Shown here piece by piece: positions 1 through 12,613 of a stretch of DNA of 33,480 bases. Both the position numbers and the translations under genes were made by a program. This stretch comes from Armatimonadota bacterium. GTDB taxonomy: Bacteria > Armatimonadota > UBA10988. The notes beneath the pieces are model-generated. The model was not told the origin of the DNA, ran no database searches, and was given only the letters and a program-made list of their open reading frames with translations. The DNA lies in the NCBI GenBank assembly GCA_016235455.1, contig JACRKZ010000081.1, positions 1-33,480 of the forward strand, in the 5' to 3' direction. The stretch's first letter is position 1. The number at the start of each line of letters is the position of its first letter.

Positions 1-32
1 TCGCCCTTTGGCGGCACATCGCTGGGCGGCAA

Positions 33-1820
<1,788 letters not shown>

Positions 1821-1861
1821 GCCGCGCGCGAAGCGGTGTACTTGCGTTGACGGCCAGGCGC

Positions 1862-3310
1862 CTAGACGGCGCACCAGCCGGCCATGAGCACGATCGGCCA
1901 GCCGATGGGCAGCGACAGAATGATGGTGCCGACCAGCGTGGCGACGAGCGCGCACTTGGTGTAGCCGGTGATCTCAATCTGCTGCGCACCTTCCACCGGC
2001 GGCTGCATGTACATCAGCACGATCAGGCGGAAATAGTAGTAGACGGAGATGACGCTGCACAGCACGCCGATGGCGGCCACGGCCACATGTCCGCTCTGGA
2101 CCGCCGCGCTGAACAGCAGGTACTTGCCCAGGAAGCCGCTGAGCGGCGGGATGCCGGCCATGCCCACCAGCGCCACGGTGAGGGACGCGGCGGCCAGGGG
2201 CGCCCGCTTGCCAAGCCCGCGCAGTTCGTCGATGTGCAGTTGCTCGTTGGTGTCGCCGTTGGCGATGAGCACGACGGTGAAGGCCGCCAGGCTCAGGAAG
2301 GCGTAGGTGGCCGCGTAGTAGAGTACGCCCTGCAGCCCGGTCTGATTGCCCGCCATGACGCCCAGCGCGATGTAGCCGGCATGGGCGATGGACGAGTAGG
2401 CCAGCAGCCGCTTGATATTGGTCTGCGTGAGCGCGGCCAGATTGCCGACCAGCATGGTGACGACGGCCAGCACGGCCAGAACGGGCATCCACTGCTGCTG
2501 AGCGGGCAGGGCGGCATCGTGCAGGATGCGCCACATGGCGGCGAAGCCAGCCAGCTTGGGCCCCACGGCCATGAACGCAGTGACCACGGTCGGCGAGCCC
2601 TCGTAGACGTCAGGGGCCCACATGTGGAACGGCACCAAGGCGACCTTGAAGCCCAGGCCAATGGTCAGCAGCGCGAGCCCGATGGCGAGGTAGCCAACGT
2701 GCGCCGAGCCGGCGGCGACGGTGTCGGAGATGGTGGCGACGGCCAGCGAGCCGGTGGCTCCATAGAGCAGGGCCATGCCGTACACCAGGAAGCCCGTGGC
2801 GAAGGCGCCCAGCAGAAGATACTTGAGCGCGGCCTCGTTCGAGGACTCCTGCCGGCGACCGCCCATGGCGGCCATGATGTACAACGCGACGGACATGGTC
2901 TCCAGGCCGATGAACAACACGACGAGGTTACCGGCGGCGGCCATGAGCATCATGCCCATGCAGGCGAAGAGCAGCAGCGCGTAGATCTCGCGGTGCTCGG
3001 CGCCCAGGTCCTTGAAGTGGTCCGCGGCCAGTGCCACGGTCAGCGCCGTGGTGATCAGGAAGACGATGTGGAACCAGACGGCCGTACCGTCCATGTTCAA
3101 CATACCGCCAAAGGAACTGTTGGTGCGGGCGGTGCCCGCCAGCAGCAACGCAATGCCCGATACCGCCAAGCCGAGCAGACCGATCCTGGGCAGGCGCGCC
3201 TGCTGCTCCTCGGTGCCGAAGGCACTCAGCACCATGGTGACCAGACCGGTCAGCACGACGGCGACAAAGGGCAGGAAGGTCAGCAGATGAACGTCGGGTA
3301 CCTGGTACAT
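1862..3310 (-). CDS. nuoN: NADH-quinone oxidoreductase subunit N
   Basis: Polytopic membrane protein with EAALKYLLLG, GFKVALVPFHMWAPDVYEGSP, NIKRLLAYSSIAHAGY and GIPPLSGFLGK; last gene of the nuoJ-N block. Confidence 0.95.
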   Translation of the reverse strand: MYQVPDVHLLTFLPFVAVVLTGLVTMVLSAFGTEEQQARLPRIGLLGLAVSGIALLLAGTARTNSSFGGMLNMDGTAVWFHIVFLITTALTVALAADHFKDLGAEHREIYALLLFACMGMMLMAAAGNLVVLFIGLETMSVALYIMAAMGGRRQESSNEAALKYLLLGAFATGFLVYGMALLYGATGSLAVATISDTVAAGSAHVGYLAIGLALLTIGLGFKVALVPFHMWAPDVYEGSPTVVTAFMAVGPKLAGFAAMWRILHDAALPAQQQWMPVLAVLAVVTMLVGNLAALTQTNIKRLLAYSSIAHAGYIALGVMAGNQTGLQGVLYYAATYAFLSLAAFTVVLIANGDTNEQLHIDELRGLGKRAPLAAASLTVALVGMAGIPPLSGFLGKYLLFSAAVQSGHVAVAAIGVLCSVISVYYYFRLIVLMYMQPPVEGAQQIEITGYTKCALVATLVGTIILSLPIGWPIVLMAGWCAV

Positions 3311-3323
3311 GGTCTGCTCCTTC

Positions 3324-4844
3324 CTAACGAGTTGCGGTCGCGGCGGGCGACACAGGGGCGCTGGCGAGTGGCGCCTTCTCGGCGTCGTTCACCCGCTTGA
3401 GCACGTAGGCCACCGCCGGCTCCGCCGGCGCCATGAACCGCGCGGGCTGCAAGCCCAGCCAGAACATCAGCACCAGCAAGGGCATGAGGCACCACAGTTC
3501 GCGCTTGTTGATGTCGGGCATCTCGCGCACATGGGAGTCGGTCACCTCACCGTAGAAGGCCTTCTGGAACATCCACAGCAGGTAGGTGGCGGCCAGGATG
3601 ACCCCGACACCGGCGACGGCGGCCAGCACCATGGACTTCTCCGCGGTGCCCTGCAAGACGAAGAACTCGCCCACGAAGCCGCATAGACCCGGCAGACCGA
3701 CGCTGGCCAGCACGGCGATGAGTGCCAGGCGCGAGTAGACGGGCATCTGCGTCCACAGGCCGCCAAAATCGCCGAGCCGGCGCGAGTGACGTCGCTCGTA
3801 GATCATGCCGATGAGCAGGAACAGGGCGCCCGTACTGACGCCGTGGTTGATCTGCTGGATCATGCCGCCTTGCATGCCGGCCAGCGTGAATGTGAACAGC
3901 CCGAGCATGACGAAGCCCAAGTGCGCCACCGAGGAGTAGGCCACCAGCTTCTTGATGTCCGGCTGCACGAGCGAGACTAGCGCGCCGTAGAGGATGCCCA
4001 CCACGGCCAGGGCGACGATCAGCGGCTGGAAGGCCACCGCCGCCTGTGGGAAGAGCGGGATGGCGATGCGCAGGAAGCCGTACGTGCCCATCTTGAGCAG
4101 CACACCGGCCAGGATGATCGACCCGGCCGTGGGCGCTTCGGTATGCGCGTCTGGCAACCATGTGTGCAACGGAAACAGGGGCACCTTGATGGCAAACGCC
4201 AGCGCCATGGCGGCGAAGGCCCAACGCTGCGCGCTGACCGGTATCTCGCGGCCGTAGAGCTGGATCAGGTCGAAGGTGTGCGGCTCGCCCGAGTAGGCCA
4301 GCCACAACACGGCGACCAGCATCAGCAGGCTGCCGACCAGCGTGTAGAGAACGAACTTGATGGCGGCATACAGCCGCCGCTCGCCGCCCCACAGCCCGAT
4401 GAGGAAGTACATCGGGACGAGCACGAGCTCGAAGAACACGTAGAAGAAGAACAGGTCGAGCGAGCAGAACACGCCGATGAGCGCCGATTCGAGGACCAGC
4501 AGGCAGACGTGATAGGCCTTGACCTTGTCGGTGACGGCGGTCCAACTGCACAGGACGGCGATGAACCCGAGCACGCCAGTGAGCATGAGCAGCAGGCCGC
4601 TGATGCCGTCGATGCCCAGGTGGTAGTGGATGCCGAGGGTTGGTACGGCGACGAAGTTGACCTCGTAGGCGAACTTGAGCGCGTCGCCTTCCGGCTGGTA
4701 GCCGAAGTAGACAGCCGCCGTCAATAGGGCTACGAGCCCGGTCCACAAGGCCGACTCGGTACGGATCGCCTCGGCCTCGCCTTCGGAGCGCCGCAGCAGC
4801 AGAGCCGCGCCAAGCAGAGGCAAGAGGATCAGGAACGTCAGCAT
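3324..4844 (-). CDS. nuoM: NADH-quinone oxidoreductase subunit M
   Basis: Motifs LGIDGIS, FFELVLVPMYFLIGLWGG, AFAIKVPLFPLHTWLPDAHTEAP and KKLVAYSSVAHLGF. Start placed at ATG 4844, just past the stop of the nuoL C-terminal frame; the ORF track uses 4856. Confidence 0.95.
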   Translation of the reverse strand: MLTFLILLPLLGAALLLRRSEGEAEAIRTESALWTGLVALLTAAVYFGYQPEGDALKFAYEVNFVAVPTLGIHYHLGIDGISGLLLMLTGVLGFIAVLCSWTAVTDKVKAYHVCLLVLESALIGVFCSLDLFFFYVFFELVLVPMYFLIGLWGGERRLYAAIKFVLYTLVGSLLMLVAVLWLAYSGEPHTFDLIQLYGREIPVSAQRWAFAAMALAFAIKVPLFPLHTWLPDAHTEAPTAGSIILAGVLLKMGTYGFLRIAIPLFPQAAVAFQPLIVALAVVGILYGALVSLVQPDIKKLVAYSSVAHLGFVMLGLFTFTLAGMQGGMIQQINHGVSTGALFLLIGMIYERRHSRRLGDFGGLWTQMPVYSRLALIAVLASVGLPGLCGFVGEFFVLQGTAEKSMVLAAVAGVGVILAATYLLWMFQKAFYGEVTDSHVREMPDINKRELWCLMPLLVLMFWLGLQPARFMAPAEPAVAYVLKRVNDAEKAPLASAPVSPAATATR

Positions 4845-4845
4845 A

Positions 4846-6733
4846 TCAGCCCTCATCCCCCGGTCGCGCCACGTAGCCGACGGCCACGACCACAGCTAGT
4901 GCCAGGACGACGGCCAGAACCGCCGCCCCTGTGCCGAGCGATTGCAGCGCCAGATACGCCACGACGCCAATCGCGCCCGCCACGAACCACAGTGCGTAGG
5001 ACCGCACAAAGCCAGGCTGGAAGTGCTTCACCCGCTGCCCGAGTCGCCACACGCCGCGCGCCAGACCGTTAACCGAGCCATCGATGGCGCCGGTGTCCAC
5101 ACGCCCGGCACAGAGCACGGCCAACTGGTTGCCGGGCTGGACCACATACTGCTGGTAGACCGGCGCCGCGCGCGGCAATCGCGCTGGCCTCGCCGACGAC
5201 GCTATGCAGCCACTTGTGCAGCAGCAGCGAGAGAGCGCTGTCACCAGGAATGTTGAGCGCGCCACCGATGACGGACAGTACCGCGAGCACCATGAGCGGC
5301 ACCGTCATGGTCTGGTTGCTCTCCTCGATGTGGTCCGCAACCTCGGCCGGCAGCTTGGGCTCCTGGTAGAACGCCTTGACGATCATGCGGAACATGTAGA
5401 ACGCGGTGAGCAGCGCCACGCCAAGCCCGGCGACCATGAACAGCACGCTGTGCTGGCCGGTATGGTGCAGGATCTCATCCTTGGACCAGAAGCCCGCCAG
5501 CAGCGGGAAGCCGGAGATGGCCAGCGCGCCGATGACCATGGTGGCGCAGGTCACCGGCATGGTCTTGGCCAGTCCGCCCATGTTGCGCAGATCCTGGGGA
5601 TCTTCGTCGCGATGGGCATGGTGGATGGCGTGTTCCATGCCATGGATGACACTGCCGCTGCCCAGGAAGAGCAGGGCCTTGAAGAAGGCGTGCGTCACCA
5701 GGTGGAAGATGGCGGCCGTGAAGGCGCCCATGCCGGCGGCGAGGAACATGAAGCCGAGCTGGCTGACGGTGGAGTAGGCGAGGACGCGCTTGATGTCGTT
5801 CTGGACCAGCGCCACGAGGGCGGCCAGGACCGCGGTGACCAGGCCGACCGCGGCGACGAACAGCATCACGCCGTGAGCCTGCGCATAGACCATGCTCATG
5901 CGGCAGACCAGGTACACGCCGGCGGTGACCATGGTGGCGGCGTGGATGAGCGCCGAGACCGGCGTCGGGCCTTCCATGGCGTCGGGCAGCCACACATAGA
6001 GCGGGAACTGCGCCGACTTCCCGCAGGCGCCGACAAACAACAACAAGCCGATGATTCCCGCGGCGGCGGCGCCGAGTTCGGGCGCGTGCGCGGCGATGCC
6101 CACGAACTCCACCGTCTTGCACTTCTGGTAGGTGTAGAAGAGGCCCAGCAGGAAGCCCAGGTCACCGATGCGGTTGACGATAAAGGCCTTCTTGCCGGCC
6201 TGGCAGGCGGAGTGCTTACCGGTGTAGTAGCCGATGAGCATGTAGCTGCAGAAGCCCACGCCTTCCCAGCCGAGGAACATGAAGGCCAGATTGCTGCCGA
6301 GCACCAGGATGAGCATGGCCGCGACGAACAGGTTGAGCAGGGCGAAGAACCGCGGGAAGTGCGGGTCGCCGTGCATGTAGCCGCGCGCAAACCAGTGGAT
6401 CAGCGAGCCCACGCCGGTGACGACCAGCGCCATGGTGATCGACATGGGGTCGAGCAGCAGGCTGAACCCAGCGCGGAACGAGCCGACCTCAAGCCATGTG
6501 GGGCCTTGCACGACCACCTGGCCCATGCGCTCGACGCCGCCAGGCAGCGGTCCAAACAGCAGGCGCAGGAAGCAGGCCACGGCCACGACGAACGAGGCGA
6601 TGACCGCGCCGGATGCCAGCGCGCCGACGGCCTGCTCATTGGCCTCGGGCGTGGCGCCGAGCTTCGTGCCGCGCAGGCCGATGACAGCCGAGGCGAGCAG
6701 GGGCAGGAGGATGAGCAACCAGGCATACTGCAT
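4846..6733 (-). CDS. nuoL: NADH-quinone oxidoreductase subunit L, frame-broken near 5160-5190 (N-part in ORF 5069..6733, C-part in ORF 4846..5265)
   Basis: Motifs GWEGVGFCSYMLIG, KAFIVNRIGD, GKSAQFPLYVWLPDAMEGPTPVSALIHAATMVTAG and HAFFKALLFLGSGSVIH. The NuoL-type C-terminus (VYQQYVVQPG...DTGAIDGSVNG...FQPGFVRSYAL) lies in another frame. Could be an assembly artefact or a true pseudogene. Confidence 0.9.
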
Positions 6734-6748
6734 CGCGTGGATCCTCTG

Positions 6749-7066
6749 TTAGAACTTGAGCAGGTTGACCCGGTCGATGTCGACGCTACGGAGGTGCTTG
6801 TAGACCGCGACGACGATGCCCAGACCGACCGCCACTTCGGCGGCGGCTACGGTCATCGAAAGGAACACGAAGACCTGCCCGTCGAGCGCGCTGTAGAGCC
6901 GACCGAAGGCCACGAACGCCAAGTTGGCGGCGTTGAGCATCAGCTCGATGGACATGTAGATGACCAGGACATTGCGGCGCAGCAGCACACCCAGAATGCC
7001 GAACGAGAAGAGCACGGCGCTGAGCGCGAGCACCAGGTTGGTGCTGGTGGGTAGCGAGATGATCAT
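6749..7066 (-). CDS. nuoK: NADH-quinone oxidoreductase subunit K
   Basis: 105 aa, three TM helices, [20 protein letters not shown] and [12 protein letters not shown]. Confidence 0.96.
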   Translation of the reverse strand: MIISLPTSTNLVLALSAVLFSFGILGVLLRRNVLVIYMSIELMLNAANLAFVAFGRLYSALDGQVFVFLSMTVAAAEVAVGLGIVVAVYKHLRSVDIDRVNLLKF

Positions 7067-7605
7067 CGCTGTGCCGCCTCCTTCTTGGTGTCCGATTCGG
7101 CCCGGAGTTGGGGTCGGGCGATGACCACGGCACCCATCATGGCCACCAGCAGCAGGATGCTGGCCACCTCGAACGGCAGCGCATAGGTGCCAAACAGCAC
7201 CATGCCGATCTCCTCGACCTTGTAGGGCGGCGGCAGCGCGTTGGCCGGCAGCGTCACCGCGCCATGCAGCGCGGCGCCCATCCAGATCAGCGCGCCCAGC
7301 AGCACGGCGGCGACCAGGGTCACCCAGCGGCGGCGCTTGTCATCGAGGATGTCCCGCGTGAAGCCCAGGTTCAGGTACATCATGATGAACAGGAAGAGCA
7401 CCATGATGGCCCCGGCGTAGACCGCGATCTGCACGATCGCGATGAACGGAGCCGTGAGCAGGAGGTAGATACCAGCCGTGGCGCAGAAGTTCAGCACCAG
7501 GTACAGGGCGCTGTGCACCGGATGGTGACTCGTCAGCATCCGGAAGGCGCCGAAAATCGCCACCAGGGCCAGTATGCAGAAGGCGATCAGCGAGCCCACC
7601 GACAT
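7063..7605 (-). CDS. nuoJ: NADH-quinone oxidoreductase subunit J
   Basis: Motifs [27 protein letters not shown] and [20 protein letters not shown]; 4-nt overlap with nuoK. Confidence 0.95.
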   Translation of the reverse strand: MSVGSLIAFCILALVAIFGAFRMLTSHHPVHSALYLVLNFCATAGIYLLLTAPFIAIVQIAVYAGAIMVLFLFIMMYLNLGFTRDILDDKRRRWVTLVAAVLLGALIWMGAALHGAVTLPANALPPPYKVEEIGMVLFGTYALPFEVASILLLVAMMGAVVIARPQLRAESDTKKEAAQR

Positions 7606-7631
7606 GAGCCGGAGTCCTTTCGTCGGGCGGC

Positions 7632-7660
7632 AGTCTAGCGCAACCAGATGCCCGTGTCAA
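7632..7660 (-). promoter_or_regulatory. sigma70-type promoter for nuoJKLMN
   Basis: Minus strand TTGACA (7655-7660), 17-nt spacer, TAGACT (7632-7637), about 27 nt upstream of the nuoJ start. Confidence 0.7.
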
Positions 7661-7755
7661 CGCGCCTCCGGCCACGGCCCAAGCCCACCGCCAAGCCTCT
7701 TGCGAGGTCTCTTCAAGGGTGACGCCGGGTGCCTTCGCCGTCAAGCACCAGCGCC

Positions 7756-7803
7756 AAAAAGTGGCCGGGAGCCCGGCGCTCGAAGCGCTGGGCTCCCGGC
7801 TGA
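7756..7803 (-). terminator. Rho-independent terminator after tpiA
   Basis: Minus strand GCCGGGAGCCCAGCGCT-TCG-AGCGCCGGGCTCCCGGC, a near-perfect stem followed by CACTTTTT, just after the tpiA stop. Confidence 0.85.
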
Positions 7804-7826
7804 CAGACTCTTGGTCGGGGCGCTGA

Positions 7827-8642
7827 TCAGCTCGCGGCGCAGGCGGCGATGATCGGCTTGAAGTCGGCCACCTTGAGGCTGGCGCCACCGACCAGGCCGC
7901 CGTCGATGTCGGCCTTGGCCAGCAGACCGACCACGTTGTCGGCCTTCATGCTGCCGCCGTAGAGCACGCGCACGGCGTCGGCCGTGGGCTGGTCGTAGAG
8001 CTTGGCGACGGTGGCGCGGATCATGCCGCAGATGCGCTGGGCCTCGTCGGGGTCGCAGACCTTGCCCGTGCCGATCGACCAGACCGGCTCGTAGGCCAGC
8101 AACATGCCGGCGACCTGCTCGGCCGAGACGTCCTTGAGGCCGGCTTCGAGCTGGGCGGCGATGATCGGGTCGGCCTGACCGGCCTCGCGCTCGGCCAGCG
8201 TCTCGCCGACGCACAGGCAGGGGATCAGGCCACCTTCGAGCGCGACCTTGACCTTGATGTTGCAGGAGGCGTCGGTGTCGCCGAAGACCTTGCCCAGGTC
8301 ACCCGCGAGCTCGGGCTCGGGCACGCCGAAGCGGCCGCGGCGCTCGCTATGGCCGACCAGCACGTGCGTGCAACCGGCGTCCTTGAGCATCGGCACGGAG
8401 ACTTCACCGGTGTAGGCGCCGCTGGCCTTCCAGTACATGTCCTGGCCACCAACGCCGGCCTTGGCGGCTTCCGCGCCACGGGCCACCTTCATCAGCATGG
8501 TGAACGGGGCGAAGATGATCACCTCGGCCTCGCCGGCGATGTCCGCGCGGGCCTCGGCCAGCTCCGCCATGTAGGCCTTGGCCTCGGCGATGGTCTTGTT
8601 CATCTTCCAGTTGGCGGCCGCCACGGCCACGCGCTTGCTCAT
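7827..8642 (-). CDS. tpiA: triosephosphate isomerase
   Basis: Motifs ANWKMNK, GAYTGEVS, GHSERR, AYEPVWSIGTG, VLYGGS and DGGLVGGASL. Start at ATG 8642 (MSKRV) with purine-rich GGCAGGAAA upstream. Confidence 0.97.
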   Translation of the reverse strand: MSKRVAVAAANWKMNKTIAEAKAYMAELAEARADIAGEAEVIIFAPFTMLMKVARGAEAAKAGVGGQDMYWKASGAYTGEVSVPMLKDAGCTHVLVGHSERRGRFGVPEPELAGDLGKVFGDTDASCNIKVKVALEGGLIPCLCVGETLAEREAGQADPIIAAQLEAGLKDVSAEQVAGMLLAYEPVWSIGTGKVCDPDEAQRICGMIRATVAKLYDQPTADAVRVLYGGSMKADNVVGLLAKADIDGGLVGGASLKVADFKPIIAACAAS

Positions 8643-8676
8643 GGGATTTCCTGCCTTCAATCAGTGGATTGGCCCG

Positions 8677-8705
8677 ATTATCGACCTGGGTTGCGTTGGT
8701 GTCAA
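8677..8705 (-). promoter_or_regulatory. sigma70-type promoter for tpiA
   Basis: Minus strand TTGACA (8700-8705), 17-nt spacer, GATAAT (8677-8682). Confidence 0.7.
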
Positions 8706-8760
8706 CGCAGCGCGCGGCGTCAGGTCGTGCGGCGTGGGACGTGGGGTAGCGGCGCTGGTG

Positions 8761-9072
8761 CTAGTCGACCAACACCAGGATGTCGTTCCCTTCGACCCGC
8801 ACTTCATAGCGCGGAATGGGCACCACCGCCGGCATGGTCAATTGCCGGCCGCTGCGAATGTCGAACCGCGCGCCATGCAACGGGCACTCGACCTCGCAGC
8901 CGCACAGCGTGCCATCAGTCAGATGCGCGTGGGCATGGCTGCAGATGTCGCCCGTGGCCAGGATCTCGCCGTCGAGGTTGTACAACGCGACGGCCTCATC
9001 CTCGACCCACACGCCCTTCATGGTGCCCGGGGGCACATCGGAAAGCGTGGCGACGCGTACGAACTCGCTCAT
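8761..9072 (-). CDS. Rieske [2Fe-2S] ferredoxin (suf-associated)
   Basis: C-S-H (ICSHA) and C-P-L-H (ECPLHGARFD) Rieske ligand motifs; start MSEFVR at 9072, directly after sufD. Confidence 0.92.
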   Translation of the reverse strand: MSEFVRVATLSDVPPGTMKGVWVEDEAVALYNLDGEILATGDICSHAHAHLTDGTLCGCEVECPLHGARFDIRSGRQLTMPAVVPIPRYEVRVEGNDILVLVD

Positions 9073-9082
9073 CTGGCACCCC

Positions 9083-10396
9083 CTAGAGCAACCCACCGTG
9101 ACTCGCTGCCAGGTTGTCGATGCGCTGTGCGACCGCGTGTTGCAGTCGGGCGCGCACACTCTCTACCGGCACCTGCTCGATGACCGGCTCGAAGAAGCCG
9201 GCTACCATCATGCGCTGCGCCTCGCCGCGCGGCAGCCCGCGCGACATGAGGTAGAACACAATCTCGTTGTCGAGATGCGACAGCGACGCGCCGTGGCTGC
9301 ACTTGACGTCGTCGGCCAGGATTTCCAGCACGGGCATGCTGTCCGCGCGGGCTTTGTCTCCCAGCAGCAGGTTCTCGTTCTTCTGGTAGGCGTCGGTCTG
9401 CTGCGCCTCGGGATGCACGCTGATCACGCCGCGGAAGACCGAGCGGCCTTTGTCGCCCACGGCGCCCAGGAACCTCAGGTTGCTGTGGCAGTTGGCCACA
9501 CGATGGTCCTGCACCGTGGTCTGGTCGAGGTGCTGGCCAGCGGCGGGGAAGCTGATGCCAAGCAGGTCGACGGAGCTGCCCGAGCCGGCCAGCGCCGCGC
9601 CGATGAACTCCTTGCTGAGCTTGCCGCCCAGGTTGCCGGTGCACAGGCTGACCTGCGCGCCGGGCCCGGCCAGCACGCGCTTGACGCCGACTTCGTAGAC
9701 TTTCGGGCCCCACTCCTGCACGCCGGCATAGACCACCTGGGCGTCACGGCCCGCGATGATCTCGGTGATGGGCACACTCAGGCCGGTGACGTCGGCGGCG
9801 CTGCGGTACTCCTCCACCAGGCTCAACCGGGCGCCGTCGTCGACAATGATCAGGCTGTGGTGGAGCAGGCTGCCGCCACCCAGCTCAACCTGCGCCAAGA
9901 GCGCGCCGTCTACCTGCACGCCACGCGGCACGTAGCAGAACAGGCCCTGGTTAAAGAAGGCGGCATGGAGCAGCGTGAACTTGCCCTCACCGGGCTGCAC
10001 GCAGTGGGTCATGAAGTGCGTGCGGATCAGCTCGCCGTGGCTGGGCAACGCCTGATGCAGGCTGGTCAGCACCACGCCCTGGGCGGCCAACTCGGCGTTG
10101 AGCCGCGAGCCGACGAGGGTGCCGTCGACGAACGTCGCCGTGCCGACCGCATCGTCCGCCGCGGTGACGGCCGAGGCCGTCGCGCCGTTAGGCGTGGCGA
10201 TGTCGGCCAGCGCGTCGAAGTCGATGCGGCGCAGGTCACAGCGCCGCCAATCCTCATCACTGCGCGTGTCGGGATACGGCGTCTGCTCGAAGGCGGTGAA
10301 GGCTTCCAGCCGCTTGGCCAGCAACCAGTCGGGCTCGGCCAGCGCGGCCGAGAGCGCCACGACGCTGTCGCGGGTGAACCCATGGAGACTGCTCAT
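9083..10396 (-). CDS. sufD: Fe-S cluster assembly protein SufD
   Basis: SufBD beta-helix family; EDWRRCDL, QQTDAYQKNENLLL, PVLEILADDVKCSHGA and FYLMSRGL; follows sufB. Confidence 0.93.
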   Translation of the reverse strand: MSSLHGFTRDSVVALSAALAEPDWLLAKRLEAFTAFEQTPYPDTRSDEDWRRCDLRRIDFDALADIATPNGATASAVTAADDAVGTATFVDGTLVGSRLNAELAAQGVVLTSLHQALPSHGELIRTHFMTHCVQPGEGKFTLLHAAFFNQGLFCYVPRGVQVDGALLAQVELGGGSLLHHSLIIVDDGARLSLVEEYRSAADVTGLSVPITEIIAGRDAQVVYAGVQEWGPKVYEVGVKRVLAGPGAQVSLCTGNLGGKLSKEFIGAALAGSGSSVDLLGISFPAAGQHLDQTTVQDHRVANCHSNLRFLGAVGDKGRSVFRGVISVHPEAQQTDAYQKNENLLLGDKARADSMPVLEILADDVKCSHGASLSHLDNEIVFYLMSRGLPRGEAQRMMVAGFFEPVIEQVPVESVRARLQHAVAQRIDNLAASHGGLL

Positions 10397-10399
10397 TGT

Positions 10400-11839
10400 T
10401 CAGCCCACCGATCCTTCCATCTGCAGCTCGATCAGGCGGTTCATCTCCACCGCGTACTCCATCGGCAACTCCTTGACGATGGGTTCGATGAAGCCGTTGA
10501 CGATCATGCCGATGGCGGCGTCTTCGTCCAGGCCACGGCTCATCAGGTAGAAGAGCTGCTCCTCGCCCACGCGGCTGACCGACGCCTCGTGGCCGATGTC
10601 CACCTGCTTCTCCTCGACTTCCATGTATGGGTAGGTGTCGGAGCGAGCCTTGTCGTCGAGCAGCAGCGCATCGCAGACCACATTGGCCTTGACGCCGGTG
10701 CAGCCGGGGTAGACCTTGCACAGGCCGCGGTAGGTGCTGCGGCCGCCGTCCTTGCTGATCGACTTGGAGATGATGCGGCTGGTCGTGTTGGGCGCCGCGT
10801 GGACCATTTTGGAGCCGGCGTCCTGATGCTGGCCCGCGCCGGCGAAGGCAATCGACAGCACCTCGCCATGGGCGCCGGGCTCGAGCATGACCACCGCGGG
10901 GTACTTCATGGTGAGCTTGCTGCCCAGGTTGGCGTCAACCCACTCCATGGTCGCGTCGGCATAGGCCACGGCGCGCTTGGTGACGAGGTTGTAGACGTTG
11001 TTGGACCAGTTCTGGATGGTCGAGTAGCGTACCCGGGCGCCGCGCTTGACGACGATCTCGACCACCGCCGAGTGCAGGCTATCCTTGCTGTAGATGGGCG
11101 CGGTACAGCCCTCGACATAGTGCACGAAGCTGCCCTCGTCGGCGATGATCAGCGTCCGCTCGAACTGGCCGGCGTTGGCCGTGTTGATGCGGAAGTAGGC
11201 CTGCAGCGGGATATCCACGTGCACGCCTGGCGGCACGTAGATGAAGCTGCCGCCCGACCACACCGCGGTGTTGAGCGCGGCGAACTTGTTGTCGGCATAG
11301 GGGATGATCTTGCCGAAGTGCTCCTGGACCAGGTCGGGATGGTTCTGCACCGCCTCCTCGGGCGACAGGAACAGCACCCCTTGCTCCTCCCACTGCGCCT
11401 TAAGCGAGTGGTAGACGACCTCGGAGTCATACTGCGCGCCGACGCCGCCGAGCAGCGCGGAGCGCTCGGCTTCGGGCACGCCGAGCCGATCGAAGGTCCG
11501 CTTGATGTCGTCGGGCACGTCTTCCCAGGCGGTCTCGGCCTGGGCCGAGGCCTTGACGTAGTAGGTGATCTCGTCGAAGTTGATGCCGGTCAGGTCGCCG
11601 CCCCAGTTGGGCATGGGCGTGGCCAGGAAGTGGCGCAGGCCCTCCAGGCGCTTCTCGAGCATCCACGCGGGCTCGTCCTTGATGGCCGAGATCTCGCGCA
11701 CAATGTCCTCGGTCAGGCCGCGCTTGGTCTCAAAGACGTTGACGCGGTCGTCGTGAAAACCGTACTTCTCCGCATAGTCGCCGCGCAGGGCGCGCAGCTC
11801 ATCATGCTGGTCGGTTTCGGCGTTGACAGGTCGTGCCAT
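10400..11839 (-). CDS. sufB: Fe-S cluster assembly protein SufB
   Basis: Motifs [49 protein letters not shown] and [23 protein letters not shown]. Confidence 0.97.
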   Translation of the reverse strand: MARPVNAETDQHDELRALRGDYAEKYGFHDDRVNVFETKRGLTEDIVREISAIKDEPAWMLEKRLEGLRHFLATPMPNWGGDLTGINFDEITYYVKASAQAETAWEDVPDDIKRTFDRLGVPEAERSALLGGVGAQYDSEVVYHSLKAQWEEQGVLFLSPEEAVQNHPDLVQEHFGKIIPYADNKFAALNTAVWSGGSFIYVPPGVHVDIPLQAYFRINTANAGQFERTLIIADEGSFVHYVEGCTAPIYSKDSLHSAVVEIVVKRGARVRYSTIQNWSNNVYNLVTKRAVAYADATMEWVDANLGSKLTMKYPAVVMLEPGAHGEVLSIAFAGAGQHQDAGSKMVHAAPNTTSRIISKSISKDGGRSTYRGLCKVYPGCTGVKANVVCDALLLDDKARSDTYPYMEVEEKQVDIGHEASVSRVGEEQLFYLMSRGLDEDAAIGMIVNGFIEPIVKELPMEYAVEMNRLIELQMEGSVG

Positions 11840-11841
11840 GA

Positions 11842-12591
11842 TCAGGCCTCCTCGGCGACCCAGTCCCAGCTCTTTTCGGCTGTGAGTCGCTCGGCCAGTT
11901 CGATGCCGCCGGTCATTTGGATGCGACCGTCGGTCATGATATGCACGTAGTCGGGCTGCATCTGCTGCACGACGTCCTCGTAGTGGGTGACCACGAGGAA
12001 GCCGGTGCGCTCGTGCTGGGCCAACACGACGTCGGCCACGAGTTGGCGCATCTGGATGTCCAGGCCCGAGTCGGTCTCGTCCAGGATGGCGATGCGCGGT
12101 GCCAGGGTGAGCAGTTGCAGCATCTCGCAGCGCTTGCGCTCGCCGCCGGAGAAGCCGTCGTTGAGGTAGCGCCGGGCGAACTCGGGCTTCATGTCGAGTT
12201 GCTTCATGTTGGCACTCATCGAGCGGGAGAAGTCGCGCAGGCTGATCTTCTCGCCGCGCACCGATTGGGCCGCCTGGCGCAGGAAGTTGCTGACACTGAC
12301 GCCCGGGATCTCCTTGGGATTCTGGAACGCCAGGAACAGACCCAGCTTGGCCCGCTCGTTGGGTTCGAGCGCCAGCAGGTCCTCACCGTCCAGGGTCACC
12401 GAGCCGCTGGTCACGTCGTAGCTGGGGTGACCCATGAGCGCATAGGCCAGGGTCGATTTGCCCGAGCCGTTGGCGCCCATCAGCACGTGGCGCTCGCCTT
12501 GCTTCATGGTCAGGCTGAGCCCCTTGAGGATCGGCTTGTCGCCGATGCTCACGTGCAGGTCATCGATCACCAGAGTTGCCATATCCGCCAT
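11842..12591 (-). CDS. sufC: Fe-S cluster assembly ATPase SufC
   Basis: Walker [32 protein letters not shown] and [10 protein letters not shown]. Confidence 0.95.
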   Translation of the reverse strand: MADMATLVIDDLHVSIGDKPILKGLSLTMKQGERHVLMGANGSGKSTLAYALMGHPSYDVTSGSVTLDGEDLLALEPNERAKLGLFLAFQNPKEIPGVSVSNFLRQAAQSVRGEKISLRDFSRSMSANMKQLDMKPEFARRYLNDGFSGGERKRCEMLQLLTLAPRIAILDETDSGLDIQMRQLVADVVLAQHERTGFLVVTHYEDVVQQMQPDYVHIMTDGRIQMTGGIELAERLTAEKSWDWVAEEA

Positions 12592-12613
12592 CGTTGTCTT
12601 TCCGTTCCCAGGG

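Noticed and set aside
8816-11950. 1044-aa plus-strand ORF opposite sufBD
   Set aside because: Antisense mirror of the suf genes; no recognisable domain.
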